Origin: an uncultured bacterium
Lineage (GTDB): Bacteria > SAR324 > NAC60-12
Direction of reading: 5' to 3'
DNA: 64,000 bases
Assembly: GCA_965662845.1 (NCBI GenBank)
Contig: CBFIJD010000015.1
Span: forward strand, 1-64,000
Under the pieces are notes generated by a model. That model was not told where the DNA came from. It did no database searches and saw only the letters and a program-made list of their open reading frames with translations. Shown one piece after another: positions 17,285 to 27,252 of the stretch. Made by a program: the position numbers and the translations under genes. Each line of letters opens with the position of its first letter. The stretch's first letter is position 1.

Positions 17285-18754
17285 TCACTCCCAAGGCAAC
17301 AGAGGGCGAACTTCTTCTAACAGAACATGTTCATCGTCCACGAGGCGGCGCGCTGTTTGAGCCAAGGAGTGAAAGAACAAGCGCTCATCGGGCGCCAGCA
17401 CGTCGGCTCCAAATTTCCCCTGCCGAATCCTCTCCTGCACGACGTCGTTCACGCGCAGCAATTCATAAACAGGCGTGCGTCCTCCGCTGCGCCGACGTAC
17501 TAAGCGTTGCGAGAGAATCAACAGCAACGTGTCGGCGAGTAACGAGGGATCAACCTGCAAATTGTGGAGCCGTTGCAGCGTGCTGACGGCGTCGTTTGTG
17601 TGCAGCGTCGAGAGGACCAGATGCCCGGTTAACGCCGCTTTGATCGCAATTTGCGCCGTCTCATCATCTCGAATTTCCCCCACCAGAATCACGTCCGGGT
17701 CTTGACGCAATGCGGCGCGCAGCGTCTCGGCAAACCCCAGCCCTTGCGCAGGCTGTACGGACACTTGATTGATGTGGGGCAGGTGATACTCCACCGGATT
17801 TTCAATCGTGAGGATGTTCTGCTCCTGCGCGTTGAGCAAATTGAGGAGCGCATAAAGCGTAGTTGTTTTGCCACTCCCTGTCGGGCCTACAACCAAGATG
17901 AGTCCTTGCGGGCGCTGCACGGCTTGTTGCAACACATGGAGGTCATCGAGATAGAATCCGAGCTGCTCCAGCGGTTGTTGAACCGGCGCTTGGTCTAAGA
18001 GGCGCAGGACTAGTTTTTCGCCACGTTCTGTGGGCAAGCACGACAGGCGAATGTCAATCGCGCGTCCGTTGCTCGCTAGGTGTTGCAGTCGCCCATCTTG
18101 GGGACGTCGCTTCACAGCAATGTCGAGCCCTGCCAGCAGCTTGATGTGTGGAACGAGCAAAGCGGGCAATTCGGGAGGGAGCTTCTCAGGAGGGACGAGG
18201 GTGCCGTCGCACCGTAGCCGAACGACGAGCAAGGTCTCGCTAGGATCATGCGGTTCTAGGTGAATGTCGGAGGCACGGAGCCGCAGCGCTTCTTGGAGGA
18301 GTTCGTTCCACTGGTGCGCGACATTGGGGTCATTCTTGTTGGCGTCAGCAGAGTGTTCTTGCCAGAGTTTCTCAAGAGTAGCGTGTGTCGTCAAAGCGCA
18401 GTGCAGGCTCTCAAAATCAAAGCGCAGGCGATTGAGGTGTCGCCAATCGGAGCGCAGACTCAAGACGACCCAAGGCTGTTGTTGCGGGCCTGCCAGCAAG
18501 AGCATTTGGTGCTGATGAAACAAGTGTTCGCGCTCTTCTGTAGGCTGAGGCCAGAGCGGTCGCCATTCATCGGAGAGCAGCTCTATTTGATAGCGCTCTG
18601 CCAGCAACGGGAGCACCTGTGCTTCGTGGAGTGACTGCTTGGCGATCAAGTGTTGGACGTGATCCCAAGCGGAGAGGAGGTCGGAAGCCTCGGCTTCCAG
18701 AGCCGTGCTTGTAGAGACCAGCCCATGAGAGGCGAGTTGTCGCAGGAGGTGCAT
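17285..18754 (-). CDS. GspE/PilB family secretion or pilus assembly ATPase
   Basis: ASDIHLEP, PQDGR, GPTGSGKTTTLY, LRQDPDVILVGEIRD, TGHLVLSTLHTN. Confidence 0.92.
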   Translation of the reverse strand: MHLLRQLASHGLVSTSTALEAEASDLLSAWDHVQHLIAKQSLHEAQVLPLLAERYQIELLSDEWRPLWPQPTEEREHLFHQHQMLLLAGPQQQPWVVLSLRSDWRHLNRLRFDFESLHCALTTHATLEKLWQEHSADANKNDPNVAHQWNELLQEALRLRASDIHLEPHDPSETLLVVRLRCDGTLVPPEKLPPELPALLVPHIKLLAGLDIAVKRRPQDGRLQHLASNGRAIDIRLSCLPTERGEKLVLRLLDQAPVQQPLEQLGFYLDDLHVLQQAVQRPQGLILVVGPTGSGKTTTLYALLNLLNAQEQNILTIENPVEYHLPHINQVSVQPAQGLGFAETLRAALRQDPDVILVGEIRDDETAQIAIKAALTGHLVLSTLHTNDAVSTLQRLHNLQVDPSLLADTLLLILSQRLVRRRSGGRTPVYELLRVNDVVQERIRQGKFGADVLAPDERLFFHSLAQTARRLVDDEHVLLEEVRPLLPWE

Positions 18755-18885
18755 GCGTTCTCCACTTGGGGGTGTTCAAGAAAAGCATGGGCATTTGCAC
18801 CAGAACGGCTACCATATTGGGCTTTTCTTCACAATCAACCACAGAGTCGGCGGGATTCACTCTTCATTTTTCAGCAGGGAGCACC

Positions 18886-19509
18886 ATGGTTCGCATCACC
18901 AAAGTTTACACGCGCACAGGAGACGCTGGCGAGACGGGATTAGTCGGCGGGAAACGGCTGCCCAAAGATCACCAACGCATTGAGAGCTATGGGACTGTTG
19001 ACGAATTGAACGCCTGTGTCGGCGTTGTGCGTAGCCTCAACATGCAGAAGACGCCTTCGCAACGCCGCGAGAAACTGGAGATCATTCTACAAGCGGTGCA
19101 GCAGAAGCTCTTCGATATGGGCTCGGAGCTCGCAACCTTGCCCGGAGACGAGTATGAAGGACAAATCACGCTGCAAGAGCACGACGCCGAGTGGCTAGAA
19201 GAGGTGATCGACGCGATGAACACAGAGCTGCCCCCGTTGAAGAGTTTTATTCTGCCTGGGGGCACCCCGCTCAACGCCTCGTTGCACCAAGCCCGCACCG
19301 TGTGTCGTCGGGCTGAGCGAGAAGTGCTGCGCTTGCATCGGGACGACACCGTGAACGCTGCGATTTTGAAGTATCTGAATCGCTTGTCGGACGCCCTCTT
19401 TGTGATGGGACGCTGGGTTTCGGCGACCATGGGGGAGCAAGAAATTCTGTGGAAGCCCGGCAATCAGCTCCCCGACTGGCGTTGGGATACGGCAGCAAAC
19501 CTCGCTTAA
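18886..19509 (+). CDS. PduO-type ATP:cob(I)alamin adenosyltransferase
   Basis: KVYTRTGDAGETGL, YGTVDELN, FILPGG, ARTVCRRAER, YLNRLSD. Confidence 0.95.
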   Translation: MVRITKVYTRTGDAGETGLVGGKRLPKDHQRIESYGTVDELNACVGVVRSLNMQKTPSQRREKLEIILQAVQQKLFDMGSELATLPGDEYEGQITLQEHDAEWLEEVIDAMNTELPPLKSFILPGGTPLNASLHQARTVCRRAEREVLRLHRDDTVNAAILKYLNRLSDALFVMGRWVSATMGEQEILWKPGNQLPDWRWDTAANLA

Positions 19510-19527
19510 TCTTTCTTTGAGTTGGGC

Positions 19528-21048
19528 ATGTCTCCAGTTCGCGTATTGATTGTAGATCATGATCTTGAGACGGCACAGCAGCTTCAAATTGCGCTGCAGC
19601 GATTGGAGATGGAGAGCGACACCTGCACAGACACGCAAGGATTGGCAGCCAGTCTGCTCTCGCAGTCGTATCACTTGCTGTTGCTCAGCGCTCAGCTGCC
19701 AGAACACGCGGGGCTTGAAGCCCTGCGCCAGATTCGCGAGGAACCTCGGCTCCGGAGTCTGCCGGTGCTGATGCTGGTGACGGACGCGAGCATCCAACAG
19801 GTCAAGCAGTATCTGGACTATGGCGCCGCAGATTTTTTGTGCAAACCAGTAGACTCTCAGGCGCTCCGCGCTCGGACTCACGCGGCGCTGCGCTGTGCGC
19901 ATGCCGAGCAACAGCTCCAGTCCTATCGCCATGATTTTGATGACGTGATGCGCGATGCGCGGGCGCAGCTGATGGAGAAGAATGAGCTGCTTGATTTGGC
20001 GTTACACACCGGACGCATCGGTATTTGGAAGCACGAAGAAGGGGAGGAAGCGAGCTGGAACGAACAGCTCCGCGAACTCTTTGGGCGGGTCGATCCCATC
20101 CCGCGCATTGTGGATTTGTTGCAGCTGGTGCCCACAGAAGAGCAATCCTTGCTGCGCGAGCGCTTGCAGCGCTTGGAACAGCACGGGTCGAGTGGATATT
20201 TTCGCCATCGCCTGTTGCGCCCAGATGGCTCGACCGTGCTCGTGCGCGGTTGCTTTCGGCGCTTCCAATTGGGCGAACGCACCGTCTGGATTGGCGTGAT
20301 GCAAGACGCTTCAGGAGAAAAGCAGGAAGAGCGTCAAAACATCCACAAAGAGCGAGTGTATGCGCTGGGAGAACTCTCTGCCGGCATCACGCACGAGCTG
20401 AAGAACCCGCTGAATGTGATTCAACTGTGGCTGGAGAACTTGCGAGATGAACTCAATGACCCGCAAGAAGTGCAGCGTGGGTTGAAGACCATTGAGACGC
20501 AAGTGCAGACCTGTCTGCGCATCATCAACAGTTTGGGAGCTTTCAGTCGGCAGGCTCAAGACACGTCCTCCCGCAGCGAAATGCTCCCATACCGCGAGGT
20601 GCTCGAAGGCGCGGTCATCTTGCCGCGCTACGAATGTCGACGCCACCGCATTGCGTTGGTCGAGGAGTTTCCGCCTTCCATTCCTCTGGTTCAGGGGAAC
20701 GCGGTGCAAATTCAGCAGGTGTTGGTCAATCTGCTGAGCAACGCTCTGCAGGCGACCCGCGCCGCCCCCGAACGCTACATTACCCTCCGCGTCTACGCGC
20801 AAGACGGCTGGTGCTGGACGGAGGTTCAGGATACGGGCACAGGCATCCCACCTGAGCAGATCCCTCACATCTTTGACGCCTTCTACACAACCAAACCCTT
20901 GGGGGAAGGCACGGGGTTGGGGCTCTCGATCTGCCGACAAATCATCTCTGAACATGGCGGCGTTTTGACCGTGGAGAGTCTCCCTGACGTCGGCACTACC
21001 TTCCGCTTTAGCCTGCCTTTAGCCAACTCTACGAGCCCATCGCAATGA
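19528..21048 (+). CDS. Hybrid kinase with atypical REC, PAS, HisKA and HATPase domains
   Basis: REC-like N-terminus (VDHD, LLLSAQLP, FLCKP); HELKNPL, NLLSNA, DTGTGI, FYTTKPLGEGTGLGL. Confidence 0.9.
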   Translation: MSPVRVLIVDHDLETAQQLQIALQRLEMESDTCTDTQGLAASLLSQSYHLLLLSAQLPEHAGLEALRQIREEPRLRSLPVLMLVTDASIQQVKQYLDYGAADFLCKPVDSQALRARTHAALRCAHAEQQLQSYRHDFDDVMRDARAQLMEKNELLDLALHTGRIGIWKHEEGEEASWNEQLRELFGRVDPIPRIVDLLQLVPTEEQSLLRERLQRLEQHGSSGYFRHRLLRPDGSTVLVRGCFRRFQLGERTVWIGVMQDASGEKQEERQNIHKERVYALGELSAGITHELKNPLNVIQLWLENLRDELNDPQEVQRGLKTIETQVQTCLRIINSLGAFSRQAQDTSSRSEMLPYREVLEGAVILPRYECRRHRIALVEEFPPSIPLVQGNAVQIQQVLVNLLSNALQATRAAPERYITLRVYAQDGWCWTEVQDTGTGIPPEQIPHIFDAFYTTKPLGEGTGLGLSICRQIISEHGGVLTVESLPDVGTTFRFSLPLANSTSPSQ

Positions 21049-22442
21049 GCCTAGCCACCACGCCTCGGGAAGAATTGCTGCATGCGTGGTGGGCCTTCCC
21101 AATGTCCCTTACGCTGCGCACAACAGACGGAGAACCGCTAGAGGTGCTGGATTCGGGTGTGCACAACCGAGGCCCTGGACCGGACTTTCAGAATGTCCGC
21201 ATTCGCTGGCGCTCACAGGTCTGGTTTGGCGCCACAGAGCTGCACATCCACTCGCGAGATTGGTTTGCGCACCGTCACGACACCGACGCGGCCTATCAGC
21301 AGGTGATCCTGCATGTGGTGCTCTATCACGACGAGAACACTCCCCCCTTGCAGCGCATCGATGGACAGCGCATCCCCGTGATCGAGCTGTCTTCCCAACT
21401 GCCGGAGAACTGGCAGGAGCGCTACGAAAATAGTCAGGCTTTGCTGAAATCTTATGCGCAGCTGCCCGGGCGTTGTGGGGTGTTGGTCAAAGAGACCGGG
21501 CAAGAGCGGCTCCAGCACATTTTGAACGCAGCGACCGAGCATCGCATTCAGCAAAAGTCCGAGCCGTGGCTGGAAAAATTGTCGAACGAAGATGCGGAGG
21601 AGGTGCTGTTTCAAGCGTTGTTTTCTGCTTTGGGAGTGCCGACGTGGAGCCGGCTCTTTCAGGAGGTTGCGCAGCAAGCGCCGTGGTCTCAACTGCAGCC
21701 GTGGTTACTGCAATCGCCCCGCGAAGCGCGCTTGCAGGTGTTGGCGCGTTGGTTTGGGCTCTGCGCCCTGCTCCCTGAGACGCCTCCGGTTGAAGCCGAT
21801 TTGCGTNNNNNNNNNNNNNNNNNNNNNNNNNNNNNNNNNNNNNNNNNNNNNNNNNNNNNNNNNNNNNCGCCAACCCGCCGGCCCAGCCGACCGCAAAGCA
21901 GCCCAGAGCGCCTGCTAGTGGGCTGGTTTCATCACTTGCAGCGGGCCGCTCCCACAGGCTTGTTGCGATATTGGCTGCAGCGCCTGCGCAAACTGGAGCT
22001 GTGCGCGCAAGAGGTCCGTTTTAAGCGAGAGCTGACCGAGTGGACGCAGTTGGCGTTTGCGACCCCAGAGTGGGAGCCGTGGCGAGTGCAGTCTTCGTTT
22101 CGGCATACGGGGCAATTGAAAGACGCACAGCTGCTAGGGGCGGAACGTCAAAATCTGCTGTGGATCAACGGCGTGTTGCCCTTTTTTTTAGCGTTTGCTC
22201 GACAACGCCAAGAGGTGGCGCTGGAACAGTTACTGTATCGAATCTTGATGGTGCTGCCGCCGGAACCCGAAAACCGTCACACGCGCTTTCTGCGAAAACG
22301 GTTGTTCGGCCTCAGCGCGCCAGAATTCGCGTTGCACAGCTGCGGCGCGCGTCAAGGGTTGCTCCAGATCGCGCGGGACTACTGTCATAACTTTTATCAA
22401 GGGTGCCAGCAGTGTGAGCTGCTCGACCTGCTGCGCCCGTAA
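21045..22442 (+). CDS. DUF2851 family protein (contains a short gap)
   Basis: G.HN.G.GPDF, G.TELH....DW..H.HDTD.AY..VILHVV, IN...PF, QGLLQ....YC......C..C. Confidence 0.8.
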   Translation: MSLATTPREELLHAWWAFPMSLTLRTTDGEPLEVLDSGVHNRGPGPDFQNVRIRWRSQVWFGATELHIHSRDWFAHRHDTDAAYQQVILHVVLYHDENTPPLQRIDGQRIPVIELSSQLPENWQERYENSQALLKSYAQLPGRCGVLVKETGQERLQHILNAATEHRIQQKSEPWLEKLSNEDAEEVLFQALFSALGVPTWSRLFQEVAQQAPWSQLQPWLLQSPREARLQVLARWFGLCALLPETPPVEADLRXXXXXXXXXXXXXXXXXXXXXPTRRPSRPQSSPERLLVGWFHHLQRAAPTGLLRYWLQRLRKLELCAQEVRFKRELTEWTQLAFATPEWEPWRVQSSFRHTGQLKDAQLLGAERQNLLWINGVLPFFLAFARQRQEVALEQLLYRILMVLPPEPENRHTRFLRKRLFGLSAPEFALHSCGARQGLLQIARDYCHNFYQGCQQCELLDLLRP

Positions 22443-22461
22443 CTTTTTGTGTGGGAGGCTC

Positions 22462-23280
22462 ATGTCTGCATGGAAGGAAATCAGCGTTTTTGCGAATGAA
22501 TTGGCTCGAGAGACGGGCGCCTTGATTCGTCAGGAGCGCGAGCACGCCACGTTGGCGCTGAACTACAAAGATCACCGCGAGTTGGTGACGTCTGCCGATG
22601 TGAAGGCCGACGAATGGGTGCGCGCGAAAATCCAAGAGCGCTTCCCGGCGCACCACATCCTCTCAGAAGAACTCGCGCCAGATTATGCCGATGCCTCCCA
22701 GTTTCAGCGGGACCTGTGGATCGTGGACCCGATTGATGGCACGGTGAATTACTCTCGGCAGCATTATCAAGCGGCTGTCTCGTTGGCGTTTGCCGCCGGA
22801 GGACAGGTCCGTGTCGCAGCGGTGTACTGTCCGTTTTTGGATGAACTCTTTCACGCTGTGCAGGGACAAGGCGCCTTTTTGAACGACCAGCCGATTCGGG
22901 TCAACGCGGATGCCGACTTGCCAGCGGCGTTGATTGCGACGGGGTTCCCCTACCATCGCGAGAACGTAGACCAGCTCATGCGACGCCTGAAAGCGATGCT
23001 CATGCGTTGTGGCGATGTGCGACGTTTGGGCGCAGCGGCATTGGACATCTGCTGGGTGGCGATGGGGCGCATGGATGGTTTTTACGAGACGCTGAGCCCT
23101 TGGGATTTTGCTGCGGCACAGCTCATCGCGCGAGAAGCGGGCGCCGAGCTCGGGCACATCGGTGACGTCCCAGCTACTACACCCGCAGAACTTTATGGAG
23201 AAGACTTGATTGTGGCGAGCCCTGCGATCTTTGCAGAGATGCAAAACATCTTGCGGGCTGCGGATGGGGAATCAGCTTGA
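22462..23280 (+). CDS. suhB: Inositol monophosphatase family protein
   Basis: LVTSAD, SEE, WIVDPIDGTVNY, ATGFPY, GAAALD, PWDFAA. Confidence 0.88.
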   Translation: MSAWKEISVFANELARETGALIRQEREHATLALNYKDHRELVTSADVKADEWVRAKIQERFPAHHILSEELAPDYADASQFQRDLWIVDPIDGTVNYSRQHYQAAVSLAFAAGGQVRVAAVYCPFLDELFHAVQGQGAFLNDQPIRVNADADLPAALIATGFPYHRENVDQLMRRLKAMLMRCGDVRRLGAAALDICWVAMGRMDGFYETLSPWDFAAAQLIAREAGAELGHIGDVPATTPAELYGEDLIVASPAIFAEMQNILRAADGESA

Positions 23281-23436
23281 TCTTGAAAAGAAATTCCCTT
23301 CTTTACTGCAACTTTCCTTACGTTTTGAGGCCTGCGTCTGCGCTTGACGGCAAGTGAGTCGCACCGCACGCCCCCTTCATGTCATGACGGTCTAAGCGCA
23401 TGTTAGACCTGCACCCTGTCTGCTTTGAAAGGACGT

Positions 23437-25188
23437 ATGTTTGGCAAAATGACAATCTCGCAGCGCATGCTGCTGATGGTAGGATTCATGGGAATTTTNN
23501 NNNNNNNNNNNNNNNNNNNNNNNNNNNNNNNNNNNNNNNNNNNNNNNNNNNNNNNNNNNNNNNNNNNNNNNNNNNNNNNNNNNNNNNNNNNNNNNNNNNN
23601 NNNNNNNNNNNNNNNNNNNNNNNNNNNNNNNNNNNNNNNNNNNNNNNNNNNNNNNNNNNNNNNNNNNNNNNNNNNNNNCGAGGCTCTGCGACGCTTGCTC
23701 TATCCCGTGCGCTTTGAGCGCGACCGCTCTGGATATTTCTTTGTGCAACGGGGAACCGTCACGCTCGTTCAGCCTCCCGAACCGGCTCTGGAAGGGACAG
23801 ACGAGCGCGATTATCGTGATCCCAATGGAGTGGCCGTTGTACAAGAAATTGACGAAGCCGCGCGTCGTGGCGGGGACTTTGTGGAGTACGTTTACAAAAA
23901 GCCGGATGGCAGCACCGCTCCAAAGGTTGCTTACGCGACTCGGATTCCAGGCACGCAACTTACGTTGGGGACGGGTATCTACCTCGACAATGTCGAGCGC
24001 GATGCCTCGGAATTAGCGAAGCTCATCGACGCACAAGTGACTTCGAGCCTAACCCAAGCGATGATCATCGTGCTGTTTTTGATTGCAGGAATGGGGTGGT
24101 ATGCGTGGGCGAATGGACGGCAGATCGTCGCAGGGCTCGAAGCCGCCAATCGCATTGCGCGCCGCATTGCCGCAGGAGAAGTCGATGTGCAGATCTTCAC
24201 GCGCTACAACGACGAGATTGGGACGCTGCTGAAGGAAATGAAAACGATGGTTGAGAACCTGCGGAGTAAGTCAGAGAACGCCCGCGCGATCGCTCAAGGA
24301 GACTTGACGGTGAAAGTGCACGTGCATTCGCCGGAAGATATGCTGGGGAACGCGCTGCAGCAGATGATTCAGCGTCTAGGGCAGCTCATCCAATCGATTG
24401 ATCGCACGTCTAGCGGAGTGGCTGCCAACTCGATGGAACTCTCGCACAACAGCCAGCAGCTGTCCCAAAGCTCGGCAGAGCAAGCCAGCGCGCTAGAAGA
24501 GATCAGCGCGTCAATGGAGCGTATCAACAACCAGATTGAAACCAACGCGAAGAATGCGGGCGAAGCGAACGGCCTAGCGCAAACGTCGCGGCAACAAGCC
24601 GAGCAGGGGAATGAGCAAATGCGCCGCATGTTGGACTCCATGAAGGAGATCAGTCAGTCTTCGGAGCAAGTTTCGGCGATCATGCGCACCATTGAAGAGA
24701 TCGCGTTCCAGACCAATGTACTCGCGATCAACGCGGCGATTGAAGCCGCCCGCGCAGGGGAATATGGAAAGGGCTTCTCCGTCGTAGCAGAGGAAGTACG
24801 GAACCTTGCACAGCGTAGCGCTACAGCGGCCAAAGAGACCGCCGAAATGCTGCAAGATTCTTCGGACAAGGTCGCTGGTGGCGTCAAAACCGCCGATGAA
24901 ACCGCAGAGTCGCTGCACAAAATCGTAGAGCTTTCATCGCAGGTGACGCACCTGATTGACGGCATCTCCTCTGCCAGCAGCGAGCAGTCTCGTGGCGCCC
25001 GCGAGATCAATGAAGGGCTCGCTCAGCTGAACCAAACCACGCAGCATAGCGCACAAATTGCGCAACAGGCCGCAGGCGCGGGGCAACAGCTGGAGGCTCA
25101 GTCGCAACAGCTGCGAGGGTTGTTGGGCCAGTTCCGCTTGCAAGAACTAGAGGGTCCTGCCGCAGGCCCGCGAGCCCTTCCCCAGTAA
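23437..25188 (+). CDS. Methyl-accepting chemotaxis protein with a single Cache domain (contains a gap)
   Basis: GYFFV..DPNG..FVEY.Y.KP..PK.AY..GTGIY.D Cache; TM, HAMPs; [34 protein letters not shown]. Confidence 0.93.
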   Translation: MFGKMTISQRMLLMVGFMGIXXXXXXXXXXXXXXXXXXXXXXXXXXXXXXXXXXXXXXXXXXXXXXXXXXXXXXXXXXXXXEALRRLLYPVRFERDRSGYFFVQRGTVTLVQPPEPALEGTDERDYRDPNGVAVVQEIDEAARRGGDFVEYVYKKPDGSTAPKVAYATRIPGTQLTLGTGIYLDNVERDASELAKLIDAQVTSSLTQAMIIVLFLIAGMGWYAWANGRQIVAGLEAANRIARRIAAGEVDVQIFTRYNDEIGTLLKEMKTMVENLRSKSENARAIAQGDLTVKVHVHSPEDMLGNALQQMIQRLGQLIQSIDRTSSGVAANSMELSHNSQQLSQSSAEQASALEEISASMERINNQIETNAKNAGEANGLAQTSRQQAEQGNEQMRRMLDSMKEISQSSEQVSAIMRTIEEIAFQTNVLAINAAIEAARAGEYGKGFSVVAEEVRNLAQRSATAAKETAEMLQDSSDKVAGGVKTADETAESLHKIVELSSQVTHLIDGISSASSEQSRGAREINEGLAQLNQTTQHSAQIAQQAAGAGQQLEAQSQQLRGLLGQFRLQELEGPAAGPRALPQ

Positions 25189-25238
25189 ACTTCCATTTTG
25201 TTGAGTCAGCTGAGTGGGCTGGCTCGTCCCGCTGAGTT

Positions 25239-26612
25239 TCAAGGTCCTGCCGCCGCTGCCCTCGGTTGTTCAGCACAGTCCGAGACAATCTTGATGTGAT
25301 AGCGCAACTCTCTTGCTTTGATGGCTCCACGCTGCAAGGCACGTTGGACTCGTCGCTGCGTGAGCGCGGTTTGCAGCTGCGCCAGCGTCAGCTCTGCAGC
25401 GCTAATGCGAAGTTCCTGCAAGAGAAAAATCAGGAATCGCCGGACGCCTGTCTGCCCCTGATTGTAGGCTCCCACGGCGAGCGCGCGTCGTACTTCGGGG
25501 CGCACTTGATACGTCTCTCCGCGATAGCGCCACTCGTAGTTTAGGTAGTGCCGAAACAAGAGCGCAGAGAGCAGAACATTGGTTTCGATATGAAAGACAT
25601 TCCCCGGTTTGCTGGCATATTTCTCTTCTAAAGCGTCGACATAGTGTTCGTGAATGGGGGCATAGCGTTGGGGCAAGAGCCCTCCGTAGTGCACGCGTCG
25701 CAACATTCGGCGCACGATGCGGGTTTGGGTTGCGTAAGGGAGGCGCGCTTCGAGGAGACGCGCTTGCACATCGCGCAGACGCAAGCTTGAGACTTGGGTC
25801 GGTACGAGGACTCGCTCGGGCAGCTGAAGTTGCTGCGGGAACTTCTCGGAGCGGTAGCCAAGAGCGTCGAGCATGGAACGCCAAGTGTCATCGGTATAGC
25901 GCTGACTCAGGTGTCGGACTGCGGCTCGTAGTCGCGCGGCGTTCTCAGGCTGACGACGTAGCCGCTCGATTTGTTTGAGGCCAATGGAGGTGAGCTGGCC
26001 CAGACCACGGGCTCCGGTCGGACTCACAATTTTGTAGTCAAGGCGGGACTCCTGAAAATACAGGCAGAATAGCGTAGGGTAAGGGATTTCAAAAAAATGG
26101 GCGCTAGTGTGGATCGCGCTCAAGGTGCGCACGAAGGTCTCTTCGGGGAAAGCGAACTCTTCGTGGCTCAGCACGTATTGCAAATACTCCTGAAACCAGC
26201 GGCTCTGGCGCAAAAAGCGTTGCAGCTGTCGCAGCGTGCGTTGCTCAGGATAAGCGAAGTTGCCCCAGCCATAATGCCAGCGGACCAAGGGCTCTTGTAA
26301 ATGAAGAAAACGCAGAAAGCGCTCGACGGCTGGGTGCGGATCTTCAGGCCACGGAAGCGGTGGTTCAGGAGCCGACTGTGCCGCGAGCGAGAGGAGTCGG
26401 GTGGCGCTGAGAGAGGAAGGGGCTGCGGGGTGCTGCAAATCTTTTGCAAAGAGCGGCCGTAGCGGGAGCGAAAGATCAAGGGGCACAGGGGAAGGTGTCG
26501 GAAAGTTGTGCGGAGGCCGAGGTTCTAGAAAGATCGGGCGCAGTGGGGTGTGCAGCGTTAGGGGCCAGAGCAAAACAGCGAGGCTGAGCAATCCGAGCGC
26601 GCGCCAAGACAT
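25239..26612 (-). CDS. Secreted SLT-like lytic transglycosylase domain protein
   Basis: Signal peptide or anchor, Pro-rich linker, QESRL..IVSPTGARGLGQLT and AYNQG motifs. Confidence 0.7.
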   Translation of the reverse strand: MSWRALGLLSLAVLLWPLTLHTPLRPIFLEPRPPHNFPTPSPVPLDLSLPLRPLFAKDLQHPAAPSSLSATRLLSLAAQSAPEPPLPWPEDPHPAVERFLRFLHLQEPLVRWHYGWGNFAYPEQRTLRQLQRFLRQSRWFQEYLQYVLSHEEFAFPEETFVRTLSAIHTSAHFFEIPYPTLFCLYFQESRLDYKIVSPTGARGLGQLTSIGLKQIERLRRQPENAARLRAAVRHLSQRYTDDTWRSMLDALGYRSEKFPQQLQLPERVLVPTQVSSLRLRDVQARLLEARLPYATQTRIVRRMLRRVHYGGLLPQRYAPIHEHYVDALEEKYASKPGNVFHIETNVLLSALLFRHYLNYEWRYRGETYQVRPEVRRALAVGAYNQGQTGVRRFLIFLLQELRISAAELTLAQLQTALTQRRVQRALQRGAIKARELRYHIKIVSDCAEQPRAAAAGP

Positions 26613-26621
26613 CGCCAACTT

Positions 26622-27230
26622 TCAGAACAGCGACATCTGCTGGACTTCGCGTTTGGGGGTCGGCTGCGTGCTCCAATTGACGGTAACTGTCTTGACTCCC
26701 GAGCGGGAATCATACAAAAGCTCTCCCTTTTGCATCGCATAGCGGTGGACATCGCGAGTGACTTCCACGTCGATTTTGCAGTACTCAATGATCTTGTCGA
26801 GCTTGCCCTCTTTGTACCACTGCAAGGCTTGCAGGCCGTCTGCGGATTTGCCTGCTCCGATGGTCGGGCGCGCCACCGATTCCAACTTCAGGCGGTGGCC
26901 GAGTTGTTTTTTCAGCTCGGTCAACATGTCGAGGTTGTTGAGCTCAGCTAGCTCGGTGCGGAGGCGAGCGCGTTGTTGTGGGTCGGCGTGGAAGGCTCCT
27001 GCGAGGACACGATAGTCAAATTCGATGTGGTTGAAGCCAACAACGAGGTCGCCGCGCCGGCAGTGTTGCACGAGATCACTGACTTGATGATCTAAATACA
27101 CATAATGTTGCTCTTCTGCGCTGTCCCAAATCACACCGACCGACATGCCCATGTCTTCAATGTTGCTCCAACCGCCGACCTCATCTGCGGAGTATTTGGT
27201 TTCGAGGTCAAAGTACAGAATCCGTTCCAT
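26622..27230 (-). CDS. Standalone RNase H-like DEDDy exonuclease (RNase_H_2 / YprB-like)
   Basis: FDLET, VVGFN...FD, DML, EYC..DV..T. Confidence 0.8.
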   Translation of the reverse strand: MERILYFDLETKYSADEVGGWSNIEDMGMSVGVIWDSAEEQHYVYLDHQVSDLVQHCRRGDLVVGFNHIEFDYRVLAGAFHADPQQRARLRTELAELNNLDMLTELKKQLGHRLKLESVARPTIGAGKSADGLQALQWYKEGKLDKIIEYCKIDVEVTRDVHRYAMQKGELLYDSRSGVKTVTVNWSTQPTPKREVQQMSLF

Positions 27231-27252
27231 CGTTTCCGTCCTGAGTTACTAG

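Noticed and set aside
16036..22442. Possible anti-phage defence island (DUF790, DUF2851, nucleases)
   Set aside because: The genes are interspersed with housekeeping genes, and I saw no integrase, methylase, toxin-antitoxin pair or obvious compositional shift.
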